A stretch of 63,967 bases of DNA, the filler included. It is 9 parts of 9 records of this genome, joined end to end, with 100 filler letters (N's around TTAATTAATTAA, not from the genome) between each part and the next. Parts side by side here need not be neighbours in the genome. Positions count along the whole stretch, not along the records: positions 44,140 to 51,452 come from SRR31156797_90372; positions 51,553 to 57,300 come from SRR31156797_90827; positions 57,401 to 63,967 come from SRR31156797_91048; 6 more parts are not named here. The stretch is one strand, 5' to 3'. Every line of letters begins with the position of its first letter. The first letter of the stretch is position 1. The notes beneath the pieces were generated by a model that did not search any database, was not told the DNA's origin, and saw only the letters and a list, made by a program, of their open reading frames with translations. Below are positions 48,640 through 57,502 of this stretch, piece by piece. Made by a program: the position numbers and the translations under genes.

Positions 48640-49509
48640 TTAGAATAATTTTAATTGTTCAGGTGGCTTGGGGAAAGGACGCTCCTTTGGCGATAAAGGA
48701 AATTCTTTCTTTAATTTTGAAATAATCCCGTAGACATTTCCCCTGTAGGCTTTTTTATCCGCCCGCCCGGAATAATAATTTACATATTCTGTATAAATTT
48801 CCGGAAAACTTGTTTTTATAAAATTTAAAAAATGCCCCTTGGTTGGTTGACGCAAATTCAGCAATCCCGGTATAACATAATCTGCTTTTGCATCTTGTGT
48901 TGCCTTGAATAAAGCTCTTAGATTTTCTTCCTTATCTGTCAGAAAAGGCAAGATCGGCATCATTAAAACACCCGTCATTACTTTTGTCCCCTTGAAAGCC
49001 TCAAGAATTTCAAAACGCTCTTTTGTAGATGACGATCCGGGTTCGATCTTTTTGCGTAGCTCTTCATCAAAGGTCGTTACGCTGATCGCAACATGAGCTC
49101 CTGCCGTGACAGCCAATTCTTCAAACAGCTCTTTATCCCTAAGTAGTAATTTTGATTTGGTGGATATAGATATCGGAGTTCGATACTTGATCAGTAACCT
49201 TAAGATATCCGGCATGAATTTCTTGACTGCTTCTATGGGTTGATAGCTGTCAGTTACACCACCTAAATTGATCACGTCCCGCTTCCAGCTTCTTTTTTGT
49301 AACTGTTTTTCCAGAGCTTCAACAATGTTTTCTTTTACATATACCGTGCCAAAAAAATCGCTCGAATCAAGATAATTATGTGAATACAGGGCATAACAAT
49401 ATCTACATTTATGTACACAGCCACGAAAAATATTAAGATCCCAATGATAGGGAAGATAGTTCGTGTTCAATTTATTCAGGGCTGTTTTGCACGTAATGGT
49501 TTTATACAT
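48640..49509 (-). CDS. SPL/SplB-family radical SAM protein
   Basis: LN.FRGCVHKCRYCYA (CxxxCxxC), TDSYQPIE, ISTKS, IEPG.SS...R, MPILP.LTD. Confidence 0.9.
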   Translation of the reverse strand: MYKTITCKTALNKLNTNYLPYHWDLNIFRGCVHKCRYCYALYSHNYLDSSDFFGTVYVKENIVEALEKQLQKRSWKRDVINLGGVTDSYQPIEAVKKFMPDILRLLIKYRTPISISTKSKLLLRDKELFEELAVTAGAHVAISVTTFDEELRKKIEPGSSSTKERFEILEAFKGTKVMTGVLMMPILPFLTDKEENLRALFKATQDAKADYVIPGLLNLRQPTKGHFLNFIKTSFPEIYTEYVNYYSGRADKKAYRGNVYGIISKLKKEFPLSPKERPFPKPPEQLKLF

Positions 49510-49541
49510 GATGCAATATACAATGAAATGATGAAAAACAC

Positions 49542-49574
49542 ACTTTTGCCTTTATACTTTTGCCTTTTACCTTG
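49542..49574 (-). repeat. Right arm of the 33-bp inverted repeat
   Basis: ACTTTTGCCTTTATACTTTTGCCTTTTACCTTG, the reverse complement of the left arm with one mismatch. Confidence 0.92.
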
Positions 49575-49613
49575 ATAAGCTTTAATTTACCAAACCAAAA
49601 CGAGGCATAATAA

Positions 49614-51425
49614 ATGAAGTCCTTAACACGCATAGTCTGTTTGTTCGGCATATTATCAATTTTATTTTCGCGACCGGTTGCTCTTGATGAAGCTAAGGCC
49701 ATTGCGCAAAATAAATTTCCACATAAAAAGATCGAAAAGATCATATCATTATCTGACAATCTCTATCTAACAACATTTACGAACGGTGGCTTTGTGCTAA
49801 CGTCTGCTGATGACGGTTTCCCGGCGATCCTGGGATATTCCAAAGATACTCCTTATGGAAACAACCCGGCATTTCAATCCATGTGCGATGATTACTCCCG
49901 CGAAATCAATAAATATAAAAGTGCTTCGCGATCCCGGCATCCCGATTGGAATACGTCCGAACCGGGTGCTTTAAATAAATCCAGCGCTGCCATCCCGCCC
50001 TTGATCTCATCCAAGTGGAATCAATCTCCGCATTACAATAGTGAATTCCCCTATTTCTCTCTTCCCGGATATACCGGCACCCGGCCTTATGTAGGATGCG
50101 TTGCCGTCGTCATGGGACAACTTATGAACTACTATGAACACCCTCAGCGGGGATTTGGAAAACGCTGGTATTACAGTGAAAATATTGACAGTACCCTAAG
50201 TGCTATATTTGATACAAGCTGGTATGATTATACCAACATGCCAGATTCATTGCATGACCAATATGGAAGCTTGATCGCTGCGAACCATCAGGTAAAAGAT
50301 GTGTCACAATTTCTATATCAATGTGCGGTTTCAGTTGAAATGGAATTTCTAACGGACGGTTCATCTTCCGCTTACGAAGACATGATGTATGCCATGACCT
50401 CATATTTTGATTATGGCACGGAGATGGTTCAGGAATTAAAGTCAGATTATTCCGACAACGACTGGAAGCAAATGATCGTTGCCGAACTTAATGCCGGCAG
50501 GCCGGTTCCCTATCGCGGTAGCGGAGATGGCGGCGGGCATGCTTTTTTACTCGATGGATATGAAACCACCACAAATACCTACTATCATTTCAATTGGGGC
50601 TGGGGTGGCGCACTTGATGGTTGGTTCCTGCTGACATCACTGGAACCTGAAGACGGATATGATTATACAGATAATCAAGCGGGTGTTTTCAATATACGGA
50701 TAAATTCTGACGATCTGACACGATATGCATATACGGGCTTTGAGGGATGGCAGGCAGGATGGATCTACAGTGGAAGTAATTTTTACTCACTGACCGGTGA
50801 GGATGATTATGTTTATGGATTCTCGACAAATGGTCAATGGTTGATATCTCCCAAGATCCATATTCCCGATGACAATAACGCAACCCTTTTGGTTTATGCG
50901 GCAAAGACCGGAACAAGCACGAAGGAATGTAAGGTGATGTTGTCGACTTCGGATACAACAAGAACAAGTTTTACAACGGAACTCGGCCGTATTACACCCG
51001 GATCTAGCTGGTATCCTTATGCTTTCAGTTTGCGCTCATATAAAAATACTGCCGTACATATCGGTTTGGAATATATCTCAAGCAGTGCCTATGTTGTGCT
51101 TGATGACTTTTCTATATGGACGCCCAAAGTGCAGATCTCTGTAAGTGAAACAATACCCGAAACACCCAATTTATTAACGGCCTATCCCAATCCCTTTAAT
51201 CCCCGAGTTACTATTGATTATCATTTGCAAACTTCCGGTATCATTGATATTTCAATATATGATCTTCGCGGCAATAAGATCACATCACTTACTGAAGGCC
51301 TATATGAAAGCGGAACATACACTCTTAACTTCAATGCTTCCGGCTTGCCGTCCGGAATTTATATTTGCACACTAACCGTTGATAATAAACTTTTAGAAAC
51401 TCAAAAATTGGTATTGGTAAAATAA
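49614..51425 (+). CDS. C10 (streptopain-like) peptidase with adhesin-like domain and T9SS-type/FlgD-like C-terminal domain
   Basis: WNQ..HYN, GCVAVVMGQ (Cys), GHAF..DGY (His), HFNWGWGG, WLISP, AYPNPFNP...SGIY. Confidence 0.9.
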   Translation: MKSLTRIVCLFGILSILFSRPVALDEAKAIAQNKFPHKKIEKIISLSDNLYLTTFTNGGFVLTSADDGFPAILGYSKDTPYGNNPAFQSMCDDYSREINKYKSASRSRHPDWNTSEPGALNKSSAAIPPLISSKWNQSPHYNSEFPYFSLPGYTGTRPYVGCVAVVMGQLMNYYEHPQRGFGKRWYYSENIDSTLSAIFDTSWYDYTNMPDSLHDQYGSLIAANHQVKDVSQFLYQCAVSVEMEFLTDGSSSAYEDMMYAMTSYFDYGTEMVQELKSDYSDNDWKQMIVAELNAGRPVPYRGSGDGGGHAFLLDGYETTTNTYYHFNWGWGGALDGWFLLTSLEPEDGYDYTDNQAGVFNIRINSDDLTRYAYTGFEGWQAGWIYSGSNFYSLTGEDDYVYGFSTNGQWLISPKIHIPDDNNATLLVYAAKTGTSTKECKVMLSTSDTTRTSFTTELGRITPGSSWYPYAFSLRSYKNTAVHIGLEYISSSAYVVLDDFSIWTPKVQISVSETIPETPNLLTAYPNPFNPRVTIDYHLQTSGIIDISIYDLRGNKITSLTEGLYESGTYTLNFNASGLPSGIYICTLTVDNKLLETQKLVLVK

Positions 51426-51427
51426 TA

Positions 51428-51452
51428 TGAAACGAATTCTCACGCTGATCTT
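51428..51452 (+). CDS. Start of a downstream gene (signal-peptide-like), truncated
   Basis: ATG AAA CGA ATT CTC ACG CTG ATC, 2 nt after the C10 stop. Confidence 0.45.
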
Positions 51453-51552
51453 NNNNNNNNNNNNNNNNNNNNNNNNNNNNNNNNNNNNNNNNNNNNTTAA
51501 TTAATTAANNNNNNNNNNNNNNNNNNNNNNNNNNNNNNNNNNNNNNNNNNNN

Positions 51553-51578
51553 CGCGAGTTCGAGTCTCGTTTCTCGCT
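51553..51578 (+). tRNA. 3' end of a tRNA, probably tRNA-Gly (partial)
   Basis: T-arm GCGAG-TTCGAGT-CTCGT, acceptor strand TTCTCGC and U discriminator; anticodon not in window. Confidence 0.75.
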
Positions 51579-51583
51579 CAAAG

Positions 51584-51614
51584 AAGCTTCACAAAGAATT
51601 GTGTAGCTTTTTTT
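51584..51614 (+). terminator. Terminator downstream of the tRNA
   Basis: AAGCTtCACAA-agaa-TTGTGtAGCTT followed by a T-run. Confidence 0.65.
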
Positions 51615-51674
51615 ATTTCTTTACCAATCACAACAAAAAAGGATTACAAAGCGGTCCGTTAAATGCTACTCATT

Positions 51675-52883
51675 TCACATTTTACGTTCCCTCTTTCTTT
51701 CCAGATAAAGCCGAACAAAGAAATAAGCGATTGTAAGTACAAAGTAAATACCAGCCTGAAGATAGAGCTTGAACAACTCCGGTTTAACATCCGAAATTCC
51801 AACTCCCATAGTTCGAAGACGCAAATAAGCGGGTACAGCTGTTGTTCCGGGTAATAATTTAGATATTCCCACCAGCCATTCGGGCATAGCAGATACAGGC
51901 CATGAAATACCGCTTAAAAACAATGCAATAGGCGACAAGAACATCATAAATACGATGGCCGATTCGCGGTGTTTAAAAAAGGTAGATATCCCGATGCCAA
52001 AGAAAATTACAGCCAGTAAAAATGGCAACAGAAGCATCAGAATTTCAAGAATATTCCCCTTGTTGGGATAATTAAACCAATGATGCACCAGAATCAGAGC
52101 CAAACAAATATTAAAGACTGAAATCAATAAATATGCTCCTACCCTTCCAAAAAGCAAAGGAATAACCTCGCGTTGACGCTTTTTCCCGGTCAGTACAAAT
52201 GGCGATGCTTTGGATTCGGAAAAAGTCCCTCCCATGATTCCGATTCCAATTAACAGGGTTTGCTGAATGATGATAATAATTAAACCCGGCATAATAAAAC
52301 TTCCATACGAACCTGAGGGATTAAACAATGTATGTACCTGCACATTAAGCGGACTGGCCGCAATTTTAGCCTGTTGTAATCCTTTTCCTTCTGCCAGATA
52401 ATGTTTAACACCTATAGCTCCACCAAAATAAGCATTAACCGTAGAGGCGGCAGTGTAAAATGTCTTGTATTTCAACAAGTAACTTCCATCGGCATAAACA
52501 GCAACGTTGGTTGGTTTGGTCGATAAAATATCTTTTTGAAATCCTTCGGGGATAAACAATACTCCGCTGATTTTATTCCCCATAAACAGCTTCTCTGCTT
52601 CAGGCAGCCCTTGTGTTTTACAAGTAACTTTTACTTCGCGCGAGGCATCCAACATTTTAATGTACTTGCGGCTTGTAGGGGTTTGATCCAGGTCGACTAC
52701 CCCCACCGGCAAATCGGTAAGCACCTCATTAAAATAACCAAATGAATAAAGCAGTGGATAAATCAACAGAGCTCCCACCAGAATTAACACGGCTCCGCTA
52801 TCGGTAAAAATGGCTTTCAATTCCTTTAAAAAATGAATGGCCATTAATTCAAAGCTGTTCTTATTATTTCCTTCTTTTTTCAT
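51675..52883 (-). CDS. ABC-2 type permease (YhhJ/YbhR-like)
   Basis: LPVGVVDLD.T..SR, FNP.GSY..F..PG, FLSGISWP..AMP. Confidence 0.9.
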   Translation of the reverse strand: MKKEGNNKNSFELMAIHFLKELKAIFTDSGAVLILVGALLIYPLLYSFGYFNEVLTDLPVGVVDLDQTPTSRKYIKMLDASREVKVTCKTQGLPEAEKLFMGNKISGVLFIPEGFQKDILSTKPTNVAVYADGSYLLKYKTFYTAASTVNAYFGGAIGVKHYLAEGKGLQQAKIAASPLNVQVHTLFNPSGSYGSFIMPGLIIIIIQQTLLIGIGIMGGTFSESKASPFVLTGKKRQREVIPLLFGRVGAYLLISVFNICLALILVHHWFNYPNKGNILEILMLLLPFLLAVIFFGIGISTFFKHRESAIVFMMFLSPIALFLSGISWPVSAMPEWLVGISKLLPGTTAVPAYLRLRTMGVGISDVKPELFKLYLQAGIYFVLTIAYFFVRLYLERKRERKM

Positions 52884-52888
52884 GTTTG

Positions 52889-54070
52889 TTATTGTTTTCC
52901 CCAATATTTTGAATCGCCAAGCGCACGTTTATAGGTTTTAAACGAAGCCATTCCAACCAGCATAAAAACCAGTATATAACATAAATAAGGCAAAGCTTCT
53001 TTAACAGGAGCTCCACGTAATGACTGGGAAATAAATAATTTTTCCCACCAGGTGAATGGGAATATCGAAGTAATAAGCTGTACAAAAGGTAGCATCCCTT
53101 CCATCGGAAATGTTAATCCGGAAAAGGTAATCCCCATCATGATGTAGGCACTTCCTACGGATAAAGATAAACGCAGGTTCTTTGTTACGGCTACAAACAT
53201 TAGACCCAGCATTTGGTAAGCAATAATGGTAATAAATTGTCCGAAGAAAATAATCCAAAAATGACCATTTAACGGCATTCCCTCTACCTCGTACAAAAGA
53301 TAAGCGATCAGCATTGCAAATCCTGCAAATATTATTGTATATGGAAACATTTTACCAATAATAGCCAGACGCACACTATCGTTTCCGGCAACCAGCAGGC
53401 TTTCACCTGTCCCTCTTTTTAATTCGTTACCAAACGTGTATACCGAACTCATAAAAGCAAACAAAAATAAGGTAAAGTATAACATTGCAGAATTTAAAAA
53501 GTAGGCATAATTGGTATATGGATTAAATAAAATATGGCGTTGAATATTTACCGGCATTACCCGGGCCATGGCCTTTTCGCGGTTATTCCCTGAGATAGCC
53601 AGCTTTTTAACTTGTATACCTGCCGAGATGGTACCTAAGGTTGTTAACAACGAACGTTGAACTACTCCGGCAACTGTAACATTTGTGCCATTAATATAAA
53701 CCGGAACTGGTGCTTCTGCGCCATGAAAAACAGACTCTTCGAGTCTGTCCGGTAAAAAAACAATTGCCTCAGTTTTACCTTGCTTCAACCATTCTTCCGC
53801 TTGAAACATGTCTTGTGTGGTAGCAATTACTTCAACATCGGGAGATGCATTTACTGCATTCCTGATTTTTATTGACAACGAAGAGTTATCCATGTCGACA
53901 ACAGCCACAGGAAGCTCGTTTGCCACGCCCTGCCGAAATATATAGAACAGCATTAGGATGCCAACCAAAGGACCAACAAACAGCAGGAACCGGTAAGCAG
54001 GATTATGTTTTATCCTTTCCGCTTCGCGTTTGAATACTTCAAAAACAGGATGCGTCTTCTTTTCGCCCAT
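52889..54070 (-). CDS. ABC-2 type permease (YhhJ/YbhS-like)
   Basis: LPVAVVDMDNS, LFNPY.NY..FL, FSG.TFP..GM. Confidence 0.9.
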   Translation of the reverse strand: MGEKKTHPVFEVFKREAERIKHNPAYRFLLFVGPLVGILMLFYIFRQGVANELPVAVVDMDNSSLSIKIRNAVNASPDVEVIATTQDMFQAEEWLKQGKTEAIVFLPDRLEESVFHGAEAPVPVYINGTNVTVAGVVQRSLLTTLGTISAGIQVKKLAISGNNREKAMARVMPVNIQRHILFNPYTNYAYFLNSAMLYFTLFLFAFMSSVYTFGNELKRGTGESLLVAGNDSVRLAIIGKMFPYTIIFAGFAMLIAYLLYEVEGMPLNGHFWIIFFGQFITIIAYQMLGLMFVAVTKNLRLSLSVGSAYIMMGITFSGLTFPMEGMLPFVQLITSIFPFTWWEKLFISQSLRGAPVKEALPYLCYILVFMLVGMASFKTYKRALGDSKYWGKQ

Positions 54071-54071
54071 C

Positions 54072-55058
54072 TTATTTCTTTTCAGGTAAAGTAACAACGG
54101 CAGTCATCCCCGGACGTAAGCCGTTAATCTTTGTTATAGGTCTGGCTTCTATTTCAAATGATTTCAAGTCAAACTCACCCGATGTTTTCGTGGCATTCCA
54201 ACGTGCAAAACTCCCGGTCGGACTAATGTATTTTACTTCAAACTCAAATTCTTTCCCATCGAGGCCAGGGATTGTGGCTTTAAATGTACTCCCCAATTTA
54301 AAGTAGCTCAAATAATCTTCGCGCATATAAATGGTTACCCATATATCGTTAAGATCAAGTAATGTTACTACCGGAAATCCGGTGGATACCAACTCTCCTT
54401 CTTCCACATTAATTCCTGAAACTTCACCATTGGCAATGGCATTAATTGAAGTTTCGTCAAGGTAAGCTTCCACTTCGGCAATAGCAGCTTCTGCACGCTT
54501 CACCATTGCCGAGGCAGCTGCTTTATCTTCTTCGCGGGCACCTTTTTCGGCCTTTTGCCATATGGATTTGGCGGCATTTGCCGTTTCGCGGGCTGCTTTC
54601 ATCCGGGTTTCTGCCTCATCGCGTTTCTGTGCAGGAACCACACCATCGTTGTATAAATTCTGAACACGACTAAAGGTTTTTTCAGCAAACTGAGCAGCAG
54701 CTTCAGCCTTCACATAGGTGCTATAGGCAGCCGAAATATCTTCTTTTTGGGCACCGTTTTGCGCCTTGCGACTTTGAGCGCTTGCTGCCGAACGGGCTGC
54801 AATTGCATTGGCCAGTTTAGCATCAATCTCAGGACTATCGATTGAAAAAATAAAATCACCTTTTTTTACCTGTTGTCCTTTTTCCACAGCAACTTCGTTT
54901 ATTCGCCCCGGAACTTTTGAGGCAATATTATATTGTTTTGCTTCCACCTCTCCCTGCAAAATAACAGGCTCTGGTTTTGTTACCACAATAAATGTGTAAA
55001 CGATAAATGCTACAATTGCAACTAATACAATTATGGTACTTAATGTCTTCTTATTCAT
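54072..55058 (-). CDS. HlyD family membrane-fusion protein
   Basis: LQGEVEA....ASKVPGRI..V.VE.G..V.KGD, coiled coil, LRPGM. Confidence 0.93.
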   Translation of the reverse strand: MNKKTLSTIIVLVAIVAFIVYTFIVVTKPEPVILQGEVEAKQYNIASKVPGRINEVAVEKGQQVKKGDFIFSIDSPEIDAKLANAIAARSAASAQSRKAQNGAQKEDISAAYSTYVKAEAAAQFAEKTFSRVQNLYNDGVVPAQKRDEAETRMKAARETANAAKSIWQKAEKGAREEDKAAASAMVKRAEAAIAEVEAYLDETSINAIANGEVSGINVEEGELVSTGFPVVTLLDLNDIWVTIYMREDYLSYFKLGSTFKATIPGLDGKEFEFEVKYISPTGSFARWNATKTSGEFDLKSFEIEARPITKINGLRPGMTAVVTLPEKK

Positions 55059-55094
55059 TATATCTGTTTTTTAATTTTCTAAAACGGGACTAAA

Positions 55095-56618
55095 CTAAAA
55101 CGATTCGGTTATGGCATTTTCGCTGTTTGCAAATTCAACAAATTTGTCGGGCATTCCTGCAGTTTGGAGGAAATTGGCCAAGGCCACATCGTAATGGTAC
55201 AAAACACTAAGTCGTTTGGTTTTTACCTGCAGAACTTTAGTGTTGGCCTCAACCACATTTGTCGAAGTAGTAAATCCCTCATTAAAGGCTTTTTCGGTGC
55301 TGTTGCGGTATTCACTGGCCAGTTCCAGAGTAGTTTCCAGCTCCTCTTTCTGTTCCATCTGCATTTGCAATTCATGATACAATTTTACCAGGTAGGCTTC
55401 CAGGTCGTTGGTTGCTTTCTGTTCCGCAAATTCTACCTGATGGTGCATCGTTTCGCTTGCCCGAATATTGTTTTTTCTACTCATTCCTTCAAACAAGGTC
55501 CACTTCATTCCAACACCTACCTGCCAGTCTGGCAAATACGGAGAATAATCTTTGTCAACAATATTGTAATTCCCCATAGCCGCAATGGTTGGTAAATATT
55601 CGTTTTTCTCTACTTTGTGTTTAATTTCAACCAGCTCTTTTTTACCATGAATTTGTTTCAGCTGCGGATTTAGTTCCTTTGCCTTGTTGACCCAGTTGCC
55701 CAAACCACTTAATTCAGCATTAATAAACAACTTACTAGCCGGAACTACCGATCCGAGAGAATCGCTTGCAAGCGTTGCATTTAATCCTATCCTTAAAATG
55801 GCTACATTTCGTCTGGCTTTCTTTACTTCCCTTTCAGCTTCATTTCTGGCCACTTCAGCATGCAATAACTCTACTTTTGCAATTATGCCGTTGTCAAACA
55901 TCTTTTTTGCATCGGAATAATGATTATCGATACTTTTTAGCATTTCTTCGCGAAGCTTAACCACCTGTATTCCCAGTGCCAGGCCATAGTAGCGGGTTAC
56001 CAGTTCGGTTAGCAAAACACCTTCAGTATGTCGCAGCTCCTGCTCACTAATGCTTAAATTTACTGCTGCCGCCTGATTTGCCCCATTAATTTTACTACCG
56101 GCATAAATGGGTAACGAAAAACCGGCAGTTACCAAAGCAAACTTATCCTCCTGAATAATTTCATTCCAATCGTGGGCCTCAATGGCCTGACCTGCTTCCA
56201 ATAATTGTTCACGAATAAGAGCTGTACTTACATCATCAGACAAAGTAGGCATGATGCTGCTTGTTGTGGGATCGGGATTAGGGACTCCACTAAAAACACC
56301 ATAAGTACCCAAGGTGTTATACAAGGGTGTAATGGCCTCACTTACGGGTGTTAGATCCAGGTGAATTGGATCGGACATAGCCACTGCCATTGCATTTAAC
56401 GAAACCCTTGGCAATCGTAGTCCTTTTTTGGATTTGATCTCGTATTCTTTCTGCTTAATCTCTTCTTTCCGGCGAAGCAAAGCCGGATTTTTCTCCAGCA
56501 TTATCTGCATTGCTTCATCAAATGAAAGTAACTGTTCTTCCTGCCCCGTAACGGACAAGCTTATGCCCCATAATACAAAAAACAGTATGCTTATTTTCTT
56601 TTTTTGAATTGTCTTCAT
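55095..56618 (-). CDS. TolC family outer-membrane channel
   Basis: Signal peptide, two OEP repeats (LP.VSL; PIYAG; YLPTI; WTLFEG). Confidence 0.9.
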   Translation of the reverse strand: MKTIQKKKISILFFVLWGISLSVTGQEEQLLSFDEAMQIMLEKNPALLRRKEEIKQKEYEIKSKKGLRLPRVSLNAMAVAMSDPIHLDLTPVSEAITPLYNTLGTYGVFSGVPNPDPTTSSIMPTLSDDVSTALIREQLLEAGQAIEAHDWNEIIQEDKFALVTAGFSLPIYAGSKINGANQAAAVNLSISEQELRHTEGVLLTELVTRYYGLALGIQVVKLREEMLKSIDNHYSDAKKMFDNGIIAKVELLHAEVARNEAEREVKKARRNVAILRIGLNATLASDSLGSVVPASKLFINAELSGLGNWVNKAKELNPQLKQIHGKKELVEIKHKVEKNEYLPTIAAMGNYNIVDKDYSPYLPDWQVGVGMKWTLFEGMSRKNNIRASETMHHQVEFAEQKATNDLEAYLVKLYHELQMQMEQKEELETTLELASEYRNSTEKAFNEGFTTSTNVVEANTKVLQVKTKRLSVLYHYDVALANFLQTAGMPDKFVEFANSENAITESF

Positions 56619-56627
56619 ATTGTTGTT

Positions 56628-57206
56628 TTATCTTAAGAACTTAATAACTAAAGTTAGCAAATGTTTTATTTCCGGCTCCCCTATCACATCACCTTTAGTG
56701 TACTTATATTTTTGATTTATAAATTGAATAGAAGTAATGACCAGAATCAGGTACAGGTCTTCAACTGTTAATGACTTATCCAGCTGATTGGAAACCAGTC
56801 CTTTTTTTCGTATTAAATCAATTAAATGAAGTGTATTTTCACGAATTTGCCGATCGATAACAAAGCTGTAGTCATTGGTTAGCACATACAAGAACTTCAC
56901 TTTTATGGGGTCATTATTGGCAATCTCCACAAAGTGTCGTACCAATTTTTCAATGATTGAATCAAATGGCCTGTCATACTCAATAAACTCCTCAAATTTG
57001 CCAAACACTTCTTCGTAAACCTCCTGCAATATGGCATTAACCATTTCATACTTGCCTTTATAGTGCATATAGAAGTATCCCGAAGCCACTTTTGCATCCT
57101 TTGCGATTAATGCTGCAGAAGCTCCTCCAAAACCACGCTCAACAACCAGTTTCATGGAAGATTGTTTGAGGCGTTCAATTTTAGTTTGATCGGTAATTCG
57201 TGCCAT
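56628..57206 (-). CDS. TetR family regulator
   Basis: GF.GAS...IAKDA.VASGYFY.HY.GK HTH; ATG 57206. Confidence 0.9.
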   Translation of the reverse strand: MARITDQTKIERLKQSSMKLVVERGFGGASAALIAKDAKVASGYFYMHYKGKYEMVNAILQEVYEEVFGKFEEFIEYDRPFDSIIEKLVRHFVEIANNDPIKVKFLYVLTNDYSFVIDRQIRENTLHLIDLIRKKGLVSNQLDKSLTVEDLYLILVITSIQFINQKYKYTKGDVIGEPEIKHLLTLVIKFLR

Positions 57207-57211
57207 AATTA

Positions 57212-57244
57212 ATAAATGAATATTCATTCATTTATGCAAATGTA
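57212..57244 (-). promoter_or_regulatory. Bacteroidota -7 promoter box and palindromic operator
   Basis: Minus-strand TACATTTG (TAnnTTTG) at 57237-57244; perfect IR ATAAATGAAT-attc-ATTCATTTAT at 57212-57235. Confidence 0.75.
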
Positions 57245-57403
57245 CATTCTTTTAACGTATTAAGTATCATTTTCATCTTCTAATACCAAATTGACCCCAA
57301 NNNNNNNNNNNNNNNNNNNNNNNNNNNNNNNNNNNNNNNNNNNNTTAATTAATTAANNNNNNNNNNNNNNNNNNNNNNNNNNNNNNNNNNNNNNNNNNNN
57401 TCG

Positions 57404-57502
57404 CAATAAGCTAAGCCTGACCCCGGCTGAGGTAACACTAAAAAGTTAGGCCTGACCCCAGCTGATGGTATACGGACAATAAGCTAAGTCTGATCCCTGT
57501 TA
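57404..57502 (+). repeat. Three degenerate direct repeats with an AAGYTARGYCTGAYCCC core
   Basis: Copies at about 57404, 57439 and 57477 (35-38 nt period) at the contig start. Confidence 0.7.

Noticed and set aside
57404-57502. Possible CRISPR array
   Set aside because: The repeats are degenerate, the spacers are only about 8-11 nt, and there are no cas genes.
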